From an uncultured delta proteobacterium (lineage in GTDB: Bacteria; Myxococcota_A; Polyangia; Polyangiales; Polyangiaceae), in contig CAVQUB010000015.1 of the NCBI GenBank assembly GCA_963716725.1, positions 549,943 to 613,942 on the forward strand: a stretch of DNA of 64,000 nt. The letters run 5' to 3'. Made by a program: the position numbers and the translations under genes. Below the pieces are notes generated by a model that saw only the letters and a list, made by a program, of their open reading frames with translations, ran no database searches and was not told the DNA's origin. The stretch's first letter is position 1, and every line of letters begins with the position of its first letter. Positions 52,099-61,633 of this stretch are shown piece by piece.

Positions 52099-53367
52099 GT
52101 GACCGAGCTTGAAGTGGGGACCGAGGTCACCCCGACGATCCGGCTCGAGCGCCGCTTGGGCGCCGGAGGCATGGGCTCGGTTTGGGTCGCCAATCACGCC
52201 GCGCTCAGGACCGAGGTGGTGGTGAAGTTCCTCGCGGACCGCTTGACCGACGATCCCACGAGCCAGGCGCGCTTTGCTCGCGAGGCCTCCGCCGCCGCCC
52301 AGGTCAAGAGCCCCCACGTCGTGCAGATGCTCGATCACGGCATCATGCCGGGAGGGCACCCCTTCATCGTGATGGAGCTGCTCGAGGGGCGAGACCTGGC
52401 CCAGGAGCTCAAGCGCCGCACGCTCTCACCCGCCGAGGTCGCCCACGTCGTCGAGCACGTGGCCTTGGCGCTCAGTCGCGCACACGCGCGAGACATCGTT
52501 CACCGTGACATCAAGCCGAACAACATCTTTTTGTGCGACGTCGGCACGGGCACGCCCTTCGTCAAGCTGCTCGACTTCGGGATCGCCCGCGAGGGTGACC
52601 AGAACCTGACCACCACCGGAACCCTGGTGGGCACGCCGGCGTTCATGAGCCCGGAACAACTCTCGGGCAAACCCGTCGACGGTCGCGCAGATCTTTGGTC
52701 TTTGGCCATGGTCGCGCTCAAAGCGCTCACGGGAAAGAACCCCTTCGAGCGCCCGACCATCCCGGAGACCATGGGCGCGGTGTTGCATGGCGTTCTGCCG
52801 GTGCCCTCGCAGCTCGTGGCGAGTCTCCCCGCCGGCATCGACGCCTGGTTCGCCCGCGCTTGCGCCCGCGAACCGAGCGCGCGCTTCGCGAACGCCCTCG
52901 AGCTGTCGGAAACCCTGTGGACGGCCATCGGTCTTCCCAAGAACATCCAGTCGACGCCGAGCGCGAGCCTCGGGCCCCTGCCCGCGCCTGCGGCCACCAC
53001 GATCTCCATCACTCCCGCCGAGCCCGTCACCGAAGGAACGCTGCGCTCGACGGTCGATGCCCGCGTTCCCCCGCCCAGCTCCGCGACCAAAGCGCGCTCA
53101 CGGGCTGTGCTGATGGCGGGCGGACTCATCGCCACGCTGCTGATCGCCGTCGCCGCCTATGAGCTGGGGGCGCAGCGATCGGAGCCCGTGGCGAGCTTGG
53201 CGCGCGCACTGCCCGCCGTCGCCGCATTCGTCGAGCCCCGGCCCGAGCCCCAGGCAAAACCCGCGGCCGCGGCGCCCCCGTCCGCATCCGCAGAGCCGAA
53301 ACCCGCTCCCCCCAAGTCGCTGGTCAAGCAGCCAAAGAAGGGCGACGACGATGACCTGGGCTTCTGA
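52099..53367 (+). CDS. membrane-anchored Ser/Thr protein kinase
   Basis: LGAGGMGSVW, VVKF, HRDIKPNN, DFGIA, GTPAFMSPEQ, DLWSL; TM helix; tail ending DDDDLGF. Confidence 0.93.
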   Translation: MTELEVGTEVTPTIRLERRLGAGGMGSVWVANHAALRTEVVVKFLADRLTDDPTSQARFAREASAAAQVKSPHVVQMLDHGIMPGGHPFIVMELLEGRDLAQELKRRTLSPAEVAHVVEHVALALSRAHARDIVHRDIKPNNIFLCDVGTGTPFVKLLDFGIAREGDQNLTTTGTLVGTPAFMSPEQLSGKPVDGRADLWSLAMVALKALTGKNPFERPTIPETMGAVLHGVLPVPSQLVASLPAGIDAWFARACAREPSARFANALELSETLWTAIGLPKNIQSTPSASLGPLPAPAATTISITPAEPVTEGTLRSTVDARVPPPSSATKARSRAVLMAGGLIATLLIAVAAYELGAQRSEPVASLARALPAVAAFVEPRPEPQAKPAAAAPPSASAEPKPAPPKSLVKQPKKGDDDDLGF

Positions 53368-54313
53368 TCGCGTCCTCGCGTCGATCGTCGCGCTGTCGCT
53401 CTTGGGAGCTTCGCCGGTCATCGCCGCGCCGACCGCCCAGGAGAAAGAGACCGCGCGCCAGCTCGTCAAGTCGGGCCGCGACAAGAAGAAGTCGGGAGAC
53501 GTCGCCGCTGCACTCGATGACTTCAAGGCCGCACACGCCATCATGGATGTTCCCACGACGGGACTCGAGCTCGGCAAAGCGCAGATCGAAGCACGCCGCT
53601 GGGTCGAAGCTCGCGATACCCTGCTCGCCGTCGCACGCTCCGCACCGGCTCCGAGGGAGTCCCCGGTGTTTGCCAAAGCGCGCACCGAAGCCAAGGCCTT
53701 GGCCAAGGATCTCGAGCCGAAGATCCCCCAGCTCACCCTCGAATTGGAGCACGCACCCCCGGGCGTCCGCGTGCTGGTGGACGACGCTGAAATCGCGCCC
53801 GCGGCGCTCTCGTCACCGCTGGCGCTCAACCCGGGCAAACACGTCGTGCGGGCGACCCTCGCTGCTCGGGAAGAACGCGCCGAGGTCGAACTCGACGCGG
53901 GACAGACCCGCAAGCTCAGCATGGATCTGTCCAAGCTGGCGGATCCCAAAGGGCGGAAGCGGAAGACCGAGCAGGTTGCTGCGACCTCGTCCGGCACGAG
54001 TCCCTGGGTCTACGTCGGTTTCGGCGTGGCCGGAGCGGGAGTGTTGGTGGGTGGCGTGACCGGCGCGCTCGCGCTCTCGAAGGGCTCGACAGTGGACGAG
54101 GGGTGCGTCGACGCTCGCTGCCCACCCTCGACCCATGACGACATCGATTCGGGTCGGATACTGGGCAACGTGTCCACGGTGGCCTTCATCGTCGCGGCGG
54201 TGGGCGCGGGCATCGGCGGGGTCGCTCTGCTCAGCTCGGGCAAGGAGAAGGCGGCTCCGAAGGTCCAAGCTTGGGTGGCCCCCGGGAGCGCTGGCCTGCG
54301 CGGGCGGTTCTGA
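53351..54313 (+). CDS. secreted TPR + PEGA-like protein with C-terminal hydrophobic hairpin
   Basis: Signal peptide; FKAAHAIMDVPTTGLELG; LNPGKHVV; PWVYVGFGVAG; ends GLRGRF; overlaps the kinase stop. Confidence 0.8.
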   Translation: MTWASDRVLASIVALSLLGASPVIAAPTAQEKETARQLVKSGRDKKKSGDVAAALDDFKAAHAIMDVPTTGLELGKAQIEARRWVEARDTLLAVARSAPAPRESPVFAKARTEAKALAKDLEPKIPQLTLELEHAPPGVRVLVDDAEIAPAALSSPLALNPGKHVVRATLAAREERAEVELDAGQTRKLSMDLSKLADPKGRKRKTEQVAATSSGTSPWVYVGFGVAGAGVLVGGVTGALALSKGSTVDEGCVDARCPPSTHDDIDSGRILGNVSTVAFIVAAVGAGIGGVALLSSGKEKAAPKVQAWVAPGSAGLRGRF

Positions 54314-54316
54314 ACC

Positions 54317-54913
54317 ATGAGGAAGTTTCGACGGATCTGCGTGTATTGCGCGTCGAGCAACCGGGTCGACGAGGTCTGGCGAGAGTCCGCCCGCGACATG
54401 GCCAAGTGCCTCGCGCGACGCGGCGTCGGCGTCGTCTTCGGAGGCGGCAGCGTCGGGCTGATGGGCGCGCTGGCCGACGCCGCCCTGGCCGAGGGCGTCG
54501 AGGTCATCGGCGTGATCCCACGAAAGCTCCTGGATCTCGAGCTCGGACACCGCGGCGTGACCGAGTTGGTCGTCGTCGACACGATGCACGAACGCAAGCA
54601 CCGCATGGCGGAGCTGAGTGACGGCTTCGTTGCGCTGCCCGGCGGCTGGGGAACCTTGGAGGAGATCTTCGAGGTCACCACCTGGACCCAGCTCGGATAC
54701 CACGACAAACCCGTCGGCCTGCTCAACGTCGGCGGCTACTACGACCACCTGCTGGCGTTCCTCGACCACTCGAGCGAGCTCGGCTTCATCCGCCGCGAAC
54801 ACCGGCCCATCCTGCAATCGGCCACCGATCCGGACGAGCTGCTCGAGCGGCTTGCTGTGGTCGATCTGCCGAAGCTCGACGGGGCGGTGCTCAAAGGACC
54901 GGCGGGACCGTGA
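54317..54913 (+). CDS. LOG family (TIGR00730-type) nucleotide phosphoribohydrolase
   Basis: ICVYCAS, GGGSVGLMG, MHERK, PGGWGTLEE. Confidence 0.93.
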   Translation: MRKFRRICVYCASSNRVDEVWRESARDMAKCLARRGVGVVFGGGSVGLMGALADAALAEGVEVIGVIPRKLLDLELGHRGVTELVVVDTMHERKHRMAELSDGFVALPGGWGTLEEIFEVTTWTQLGYHDKPVGLLNVGGYYDHLLAFLDHSSELGFIRREHRPILQSATDPDELLERLAVVDLPKLDGAVLKGPAGP

Positions 54914-55032
54914 AGCCCCTTCGAAGCAGGCGCTGCTGACCGACTGGCGTGCCGCCTCAGGCGGGACCGCGCCCGACCTGTTGCAAGTGAGCGGGGGTGT
55001 CGACGCGGGCTGGACGGCCCCATGTCTCCGGG

Positions 55033-56853
55033 ATGGAGAGCGGTCAAGCCGACTCGAGAGCGGCGGCGCGCCGCTTCGCCCGGCGGGCGACACTCGGGGC
55101 CGCGGCCTTGCCCCTGGCCGCAATGATCGATCGAGTCCTCGGGCTGGGAGCGGCGAGCGGTCCGCCCATGGTCGAGGTGACGGCCCTCACGCTGCTGGCG
55201 GCGTCGCTCGGAGTTTGGACGAGCATCGATCGGCCCCGCCCCGAGCCTCCACTGGGCGCGCCGCTGGCCTTGGGCTTGATCGTGTCGGCGAGCGGCGCCT
55301 TTGCCCTCATCGCCTACCTCGCGGGGGTCGGTCTGACGGCGTCGCTGCCCTCCCCACACACCGGAGTGAGCCTGCTCTTCATCGGTGCTGCCATCGCCTG
55401 CAACCACGCGCGCCCCAAGGCGGCGCTCCCGCCCTCGCAGTGGCTCGCGATGGCGAGTCTGTTCGTCGCTACCCTCGCGCTCTCGGGTCACTTGTACGGT
55501 TTCACGCCGTTGTTCCAGCTTCACGCTGTAGCGGGCATGGCGCTCCCGACCGCGCTCGCCGTCGCGCTCTTGTGCGCGGGGCTCTTCGCGTCGCGACCCA
55601 GCACCGGGGTCTTCCGCTTCCTGGCCGGCGAGGGCGCGGGCTCCTGGCTGCTCCGGCGCTTGATGCCGGTGGCCTTGCTCTTGCCGTGGGCTGCGGAGCT
55701 CCTCGCTCACTTGGGGGCCCGCGCGGGGCTCTGGTCGGCCAGCGCGGTACGACCGGCGAGCATGCTCTTTGGCATGTTCGCCATCGTCGGGGTGGCCTTC
55801 GGCCTCGCCCTCGCCCTCAATCGGGTCGACGCTCGCCGCCGGGCGGTCGAAGCCACCCTGCGCGCTCACCAGCTGCACCTCGAAGAGATCGTCGTCGAGC
55901 GCACTCGCGAAATTGCCGTGTCCGAGCTGCGCTACCGCGGGCTCGTCGAGCGCGCTCCGGACTGCATCTTCACGGTGGACCACGAGCAACGCGTGCAGCT
56001 GACGAACGAGGCCGCTGAGCGTCTCTTCGGCATGAACCGAGAGCAGCTGATCGGCTGCGAAGTGGGGCAACTGCTGACCTCGGCGACGGATGGAGGCGCT
56101 GGAACGCTGGCGGAAGTGGCGGCCCGCGCCGCCCGGGGCGTGGTCGCGATGAACGTCAAGGGAGCGAAGGGCGAGCTCATCGACGTCGAAGTGTCCGTCG
56201 CTGCCGACGCCAGCGCCGCCGAGCCACTGACCACGCTGTTCGTGCGCGACGTCTCCGAGCGCAAGCGAGGCGAGGCCCAAATGCGAGTGCAGTCCACCGC
56301 CCTCGGCTCGGCGCACAACGCCATCGTGATCACGGGCACCGACGGGTTGATCCATTGGGTCAATCCTGCCTTCACGCGCCTCACCGGCTACCAAGCCGAG
56401 GAGGTCTTGGGCAAGAACCCCCGAGTCCTCAAATCCGGCTCCCACGATCGCGATCTGTACGCGGGCCTCTGGGACTCCATCCTCGCGGGCCGGGTCTGGT
56501 TCGGCGAGATGGTCAATCGGAGGAAGGACGGCACGCTCTACACCGAAGAGCAGACCATCACGCCGGTGACGGATGCCAGCGGCGCCATCACCCACTTCAT
56601 CGCCATCAAACACGACGTCACGGCCCGGCGTGAAGCCGACGCTGAACGGGAGCGCATGCTGGGGGAGTTGCGGGCGGCCGCAGACAACATCCGAACGCTG
56701 AGCGGGCTCTTGCCCATCTGCTCGTGGTGCAAGAAGATCCGAGATGACAGCGGATACTGGAACCTGATCGAGGCTTACATCAGCAAGCACACCGACACCC
56801 AGTTCACGCACGGGGTCTGCCCCGAGTGTTTCGAGAAGCACTACGCGGAGTGA
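55033..56853 (+). CDS. multi-TM sensor with two PAS domains and a C-terminal Cys-motif domain
   Basis: About 7 TM helices; PAS motifs NEAAERLFG and VNPAFTRLTGY..E.LGKNPR; tail LPICSWCKKIRD...FTHGVCPEC. Start is uncertain (54997-55033). Confidence 0.85.
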   Translation: MESGQADSRAAARRFARRATLGAAALPLAAMIDRVLGLGAASGPPMVEVTALTLLAASLGVWTSIDRPRPEPPLGAPLALGLIVSASGAFALIAYLAGVGLTASLPSPHTGVSLLFIGAAIACNHARPKAALPPSQWLAMASLFVATLALSGHLYGFTPLFQLHAVAGMALPTALAVALLCAGLFASRPSTGVFRFLAGEGAGSWLLRRLMPVALLLPWAAELLAHLGARAGLWSASAVRPASMLFGMFAIVGVAFGLALALNRVDARRRAVEATLRAHQLHLEEIVVERTREIAVSELRYRGLVERAPDCIFTVDHEQRVQLTNEAAERLFGMNREQLIGCEVGQLLTSATDGGAGTLAEVAARAARGVVAMNVKGAKGELIDVEVSVAADASAAEPLTTLFVRDVSERKRGEAQMRVQSTALGSAHNAIVITGTDGLIHWVNPAFTRLTGYQAEEVLGKNPRVLKSGSHDRDLYAGLWDSILAGRVWFGEMVNRRKDGTLYTEEQTITPVTDASGAITHFIAIKHDVTARREADAERERMLGELRAAADNIRTLSGLLPICSWCKKIRDDSGYWNLIEAYISKHTDTQFTHGVCPECFEKHYAE

Positions 56854-56875
56854 GTGGCGACCGGTCGATGCCCGA

Positions 56876-57709
56876 TCAGTCGCGGCCTTCGGCGGCCAAG
56901 AACTCCAGCAGGGCCTGCCGAAACTCCGGATGGCCCGGCACCCGCACGTGATCGGCGCCGCGGATCACCCTTGCTTGGGCATGCGGCACCGCTTTCGCGA
57001 GGGCGCGTGCCCCGTTGAGCAAGGGGTCGCGCTCACCCACGATGCTGCAGACTGGAAGGCGCAGCGTCGCCAGATCCGCATCCGAGACGGCCAACTCGGG
57101 CACCCCGCGGATCACGCCGATCAGCGCTCGCTGGTCGTTGAGGAAGCGCGTCACGAGCTGCACCCAAGTGCGATGCGCGAAGGACGGCCGCTCGCGGGAG
57201 CCGCCCAGGTGCACGCTCAAGGGGCCGATGCCGCGCCCCGCCTCGAGCTCGTCCGCCAGCTTGGGGATCGCCTCCAGAATCGAGGGGCCCGCGCCCTCCG
57301 CCGACTCGAAGCCCGCGCCAAGCACACCGACGCCCAGCAACCGCTCCTGAGCCACGCAGGCGAGCTTGAGCGCGACGAAGCCGCCCAGCGAGTAGCCGAG
57401 CACGTGCGCACGGTCGATGCCGAGGTGGTCCAGGAGTCGGATCACGTCCTGGACCATGCATGCTCCGTACGCGCCCGCGTCCCGGGGCTTGTCGCTCTGG
57501 CCATGACCGCGCTGATCCACGGTGATCACCCGGTGCTTCGAGCGCAGCGCGCGGATCAGGCCCGGGATGCGGAAGTTCAGATCGCCGCTGACCGCGAAGC
57601 CGTGCACCAAGACCACCGGCGTGCCGGCGCCCTCGTCGGTGAAGAAGAGTCGCACGCCCGCCGAGTCGAAACGGGCGCCGCGGGACCAGCTCGATCGGGA
57701 GCGAAACAC
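56876..57709 (-). CDS. alpha/beta-fold hydrolase
   Basis: VHGF, DQRGHGQS, GYSLG, GERD, GADH. Confidence 0.88.
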   Translation of the reverse strand: MFRSRSSWSRGARFDSAGVRLFFTDEGAGTPVVLVHGFAVSGDLNFRIPGLIRALRSKHRVITVDQRGHGQSDKPRDAGAYGACMVQDVIRLLDHLGIDRAHVLGYSLGGFVALKLACVAQERLLGVGVLGAGFESAEGAGPSILEAIPKLADELEAGRGIGPLSVHLGGSRERPSFAHRTWVQLVTRFLNDQRALIGVIRGVPELAVSDADLATLRLPVCSIVGERDPLLNGARALAKAVPHAQARVIRGADHVRVPGHPEFRQALLEFLAAEGRD

Positions 57710-57726
57710 GCCCTGCAGGCTAGCAA
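57689..57726. repeat. 38-bp direct repeat, copy 1
   Basis: GCTCGATCGGGAGCGAAACACGCCCTGCAGGCTAGCAA, identical to 58658..58695. Confidence 0.95.
57717..57725 (-). promoter_or_regulatory. extended -10 element of the hydrolase gene (inside the repeat)
   Basis: Minus strand TGCTAGCCT, 7 nt, then GTG 57709. Confidence 0.5.
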
Positions 57727-57828
57727 CTTCTGACGGACTCCGCCTCGCGCAAAGGGGCCGACGCGGCGTAGCCGCGCCGACCTTTGCCCTGGGGCGCAGA
57801 TTCGCGGTTTGCGCTACGCTCCGGACCA

Positions 57829-58080
57829 GTGCTCTCCGACACCGATCCGCGCACCCTCGCAGTCATGATCGAGGGCTATCGGCGCATGTCGCTGGCCGAG
57901 AAATTCGAGCGAGTGCAGCAACTCAATGAGGCGGTGCTCTCCCTCGCCGCCGCGCGGATCCGCCGCGAGCATCCGGGCATCGAGGAGCGAGAGTTGCGAC
58001 TGCGGCTCGCCTCGCTGTGGCTGGACGCCGCCACCATGAAGCGCGCGTTTGGCTGGGATCCGGACGCAGCCGATCGATGA
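57829..58080 (+). CDS. small helical protein, putative partner/antitoxin of the downstream nucleotidyltransferase
   Basis: LSDTDP...YRRMSLAEK...IRREHPG..E.ELRLRLA; ATGA overlap with the next gene; TACGCT 8 nt upstream of the GTG. Confidence 0.7.
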   Translation: MLSDTDPRTLAVMIEGYRRMSLAEKFERVQQLNEAVLSLAAARIRREHPGIEERELRLRLASLWLDAATMKRAFGWDPDAADR

Positions 58081-58655
58081 GCGCTCTCGCCGAGCCCATT
58101 CTCGTCACGCTCGAAGTCACGGCCGCACTCGAGCAACTGGGGGCGCTGTACCTGGTCGGCGGATCGCTTGCCAGCTCGTTGCACGGCATTCCACGCTCCA
58201 CGCAGGACATAGATTTGCTGGTAGAACTGCCGGGCAAACACGTCGACCGCTTGGCAGAGTTGCTCGAAGATCGCTTCTACGTGGACCGTGACATGATGCA
58301 CGACGCGGTCTTGCGGCGGTCGAGCTTCAACCTGCTCCACTTGGCAACCATGTTCAAAGTAGACGTGTTCGTATCCGATCGCGGTGAGCTCGCGCGCGAA
58401 GAGATGGCGCGCCGCCAGCGTGTCGAGGTCGGAACGCCCCCGCAGCCCATTTGGGTGTGTAGCGCCGAAGACATCGTCGTGCAGAAGCTCGATTGGTTCG
58501 AGAAGGGCGACCGCATCTCCGAGCGACAATGGGGAGATCTGATCGGGGTACTTCGAGTCGGCAAAGACAAGCTCGACCAGCAGTACATGCGGCGCTGGGC
58601 GGCGCATCTGGGCGTGCTGGAGCTTCTCGAAAGCGCGGTGGCTGAAGCCGGATAG
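58077..58655 (+). CDS. nucleotidyltransferase (pol-beta superfamily, AbiEii/MenT-like fold)
   Basis: YLVGGSLAS..HG.PRSTQDIDL (GS + DxD), KVDVF, AEDIVVQKL, QWGDL. Confidence 0.8.
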   Translation: MSALAEPILVTLEVTAALEQLGALYLVGGSLASSLHGIPRSTQDIDLLVELPGKHVDRLAELLEDRFYVDRDMMHDAVLRRSSFNLLHLATMFKVDVFVSDRGELAREEMARRQRVEVGTPPQPIWVCSAEDIVVQKLDWFEKGDRISERQWGDLIGVLRVGKDKLDQQYMRRWAAHLGVLELLESAVAEAG

Positions 58656-58657
58656 CC

Positions 58658-58695
58658 GCTCGATCGGGAGCGAAACACGCCCTGCAGGCTAGCAA
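58658..58695. repeat. 38-bp direct repeat, copy 2
   Basis: Identical to 57689..57726; starts 3 nt after the NTase stop codon. Confidence 0.95.
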
Positions 58696-58766
58696 ATTTC
58701 CGCTGCTTTCGCCTCGCGCGACGCCCCGGGGCGGCGTAAAGTCCGCGGTCCTTGCCCTTCGCAGAG

Positions 58767-61031
58767 GTGACCACCGTGACCGCCGACCGCCCCAAGGACT
58801 TCATTCGCGACATCATCGACGCCGATCTGGCCAGCGGTCGGCACCAGAGGGTCGTCACGCGCTTCCCGCCGGAGCCCAACGGCTACCTGCACATTGGCCA
58901 CGCCAAGAGCATCTGCCTCAACTTCGGCATCGCGCGGGACTACGGCGGAGCCTGCCACCTGCGCTTCGACGACACCAACCCGTCGACCGAGAGCGTCGAG
59001 TACGCCGAGGCCATCAAGGCCGACGTGCGCTGGCTCGGCTTCGATTGGGGCGACCAGCTGTTCTACGCCTCGGACTACTACGCGCGCCTGTACCAGCTGG
59101 GCGAATCACTGATCGAGAAGGGCCTGGCCTACGTCTGCGATCTCGACGAAACGCAGATCAGCGAATACCGAGGCACCATCACCGAGCCCGGGCGACCCAG
59201 CCCGTTTCGCGACCGTTCGGTAGCGGAGAACCTAGACCTGTTTCGGCGCATGCGCGCCCGCGAATTTGCCGACGGCTCCCGGGTCTTGCGCGCAAAAATC
59301 GACATGGCGTCGCCCAACATGAAGCTGCGCGACCCCCTGCTCTACCGCATCAAACACGTCCACCACTACCGCACCGGCGACACCTGGTGCATCTACCCGC
59401 TCTACGACTTTGCGCACCCGCTCTCGGACGCGATCGAGGGCATCACGCACTCGATCTGCACCCTCGAGTTCGAGAACAACCGGGACATCTACGACTGGCT
59501 GGTCGATCACCTGGAGCTGCCCGCGCGCCCGCGGCAATACGAGTTCGCGCGCCTGAACCTGACCTACACCGTGATGAGCAAGCGCAAGCTGCTCGAGCTG
59601 GTCGAGGGCGGCAAGGTCGACGGCTGGGACGATCCGCGCATGCCCACCCTGGCGGGCCTGCGCCGGCGCGGCGTGACCGCCGAGGCGCTGCGCGCGTTTG
59701 CTACCCGAGTCGGCGTCGCCAAGAACAACAGCACCGCCGAGCTGGCCCTGTTCGAGCACACGCTGCGCGACGATCTCAACGAGCAATCGCCTCGGGTGAT
59801 GTGCGTGATCGATCCGGTCAAGGTCGTGATCGAGAACTATCCCGAGGGACAGGTCGAACAGCTCGACGCGGCCTATTGGCCCCACGACGTGCCCAAAGAA
59901 GGCAGCCGCAAGCTGCCCTTCAGCCGCGAGCTGTGGATCGATCGCGCGGACTTCTCCGAGAACCCACCGAAGGACTTCTTCCGGCTCGCCCCGGGGCGGG
60001 AAGTCCGGCTGCGTCACGCCTACGTGATCCGTTGCGAGCGCGTGATCAAAGACGCTGCCGGCGCTGTGACCGAGATCGTGTGCAGCTACGACGCAGCCAC
60101 CCAAGGCGGGGACAGCGGCGGGCGCAAGATCAAGGGCACCCTCCACTGGGTCAGCGCCGCGCAGGCGGTGGACGTCGAGGTGCGGCTTTACGATCGCCTG
60201 TTCAAGGCAGAGTTTCCCGGCGCGGAAGACGGCGATCCCCTCGCCGATCTCAACCCGAGCTCGCTGACGGTGCGGCGCGGGAGCAAAGCCGAGCCCACCT
60301 TGGGCAGCGCTGCCGCAGGCGATCGATTCCAGTTCGAGCGCGAGGGTTTCTTCTTCGTCGATCCGGTTTCTAGCAAGCCCGGCGCGCCGGTCTTCAACCG
60401 CACGGTGAGCCTCAAAGACACCTGGGCCAAGGTCCAACAAAAGGCCGAGCCCAAAGCCGAGCGCGCGGAGAAGACCAAGGGTGCTACCGCGACCGCTCGT
60501 GAGGCGATCTCGCCTGCCGCCCAGGCCCTCGTGGACTCCCACGGCCTCTCGCCCGAAGACGCCCGCGTGCTGGCCGAGCCGGGGCCGCTGCGCACGCTCT
60601 TCGACGCGGCGCTGGGCTCGAATGCCAACGCCCGGGGGCTCGCAGCGTGGATCGTCAACGAGCTGCCTTCGGAGATCCGCGGCGGCGCCGCCCTGCCCTT
60701 CGGCGCTGCCGAAATCGCCGAGCTGGTGACGCTGATCGACGACGGCACGCTGAGCGGATCCATGGGCAAGAAGGTGCTCGCCGACATGCTGCGCGGCGGG
60801 GGCTCGCCCAAGGCCATCGCCGACAAACAAGGTCTCAAGCAAATCGCCGATCCGGCGGCCCTCGCGCCCGTGGTCGACGCTGTGCTCGCGGCCAACGCCG
60901 ACACGGTCGCGCGCTATCGCGCCGGCAACAAGAATGTGCTCGGCGCCCTCACGGGCATGGTGATCAAAGAAACGCGCGGCCGGGCGAATCCAAAGCTGGT
61001 CAATCAGCTCCTACTCGACAGGCTCGGTTGA
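58767..61031 (+). CDS. glnS: glutamine--tRNA ligase fused to a C-terminal GatB/YqeY domain
   Basis: [59 protein letters not shown]-terminal [26 protein letters not shown]. Start is 58752, 58767 or 58776. Confidence 0.95.
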   Translation: MTTVTADRPKDFIRDIIDADLASGRHQRVVTRFPPEPNGYLHIGHAKSICLNFGIARDYGGACHLRFDDTNPSTESVEYAEAIKADVRWLGFDWGDQLFYASDYYARLYQLGESLIEKGLAYVCDLDETQISEYRGTITEPGRPSPFRDRSVAENLDLFRRMRAREFADGSRVLRAKIDMASPNMKLRDPLLYRIKHVHHYRTGDTWCIYPLYDFAHPLSDAIEGITHSICTLEFENNRDIYDWLVDHLELPARPRQYEFARLNLTYTVMSKRKLLELVEGGKVDGWDDPRMPTLAGLRRRGVTAEALRAFATRVGVAKNNSTAELALFEHTLRDDLNEQSPRVMCVIDPVKVVIENYPEGQVEQLDAAYWPHDVPKEGSRKLPFSRELWIDRADFSENPPKDFFRLAPGREVRLRHAYVIRCERVIKDAAGAVTEIVCSYDAATQGGDSGGRKIKGTLHWVSAAQAVDVEVRLYDRLFKAEFPGAEDGDPLADLNPSSLTVRRGSKAEPTLGSAAAGDRFQFEREGFFFVDPVSSKPGAPVFNRTVSLKDTWAKVQQKAEPKAERAEKTKGATATAREAISPAAQALVDSHGLSPEDARVLAEPGPLRTLFDAALGSNANARGLAAWIVNELPSEIRGGAALPFGAAEIAELVTLIDDGTLSGSMGKKVLADMLRGGGSPKAIADKQGLKQIADPAALAPVVDAVLAANADTVARYRAGNKNVLGALTGMVIKETRGRANPKLVNQLLLDRLG

Positions 61032-61570
61032 CCGCCAAAAAGCCCAAAGAGAAGCCCAGGATCCCCTGGCAAAAGCGCGCCCGCCGCATCGCGATGGAGG
61101 TCGCGATCGTCGTCGGCATCTACTTCGCCATCACCGCTTGGCAGGGCCAGAACCTGCTCGGCTCGAGCACGCCCGCGCCGGCCTTCACGCTGACCGGGCT
61201 CGACGGCAAGCAGGTCGCGCTCGCCGACTTGAAGGGCAAGCGCGTACTGCTGCACTTCTGGGCCACCTGGTGCGGGGTCTGCAAGCAAGAGCACGGCGCG
61301 CTGAACGCGGTCCAAGCGGGACTCGCCTCCGACGAAATCCTGCTCAGCGTGGTCGCCGACGCGGACGATCCCGAAGCGATCCGCAAGTACGCGGCCGAAG
61401 CCGGCATCCGCTACCCCGTGTTGCTCGCCGACGACGCCGTCGTGCGCAGCTACCGGGTGGGCGCCTTCCCGACCAACTACTTCGTATCCAAGGAAGGCCA
61501 GATCACGGGCCACACCATCGGCATGAGCACGCGCGTCGGGATGGGTGCGCGGCTGGGGTGTGCGCGGTGA
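61028..61570 (+). CDS. TlpA-family thiol-disulfide oxidoreductase
   Basis: N-terminal [28 protein letters not shown] overlap with the glnS stop. Confidence 0.88.
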   Translation: MTAKKPKEKPRIPWQKRARRIAMEVAIVVGIYFAITAWQGQNLLGSSTPAPAFTLTGLDGKQVALADLKGKRVLLHFWATWCGVCKQEHGALNAVQAGLASDEILLSVVADADDPEAIRKYAAEAGIRYPVLLADDAVVRSYRVGAFPTNYFVSKEGQITGHTIGMSTRVGMGARLGCAR

Positions 61571-61633
61571 GGGTGCGCCAGCCTCCTGCCGGTCCGTTCA
61601 CGTGCGACGCGCCCGGCCAAGTGATATGTCTGG

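Noticed and set aside
57689..58740. Integron attC sites around the NTase cassette
   Set aside because: No convincing RYYYAAC...GTTRRRY inverted core or attC-like palindrome, and no integron integrase nearby.
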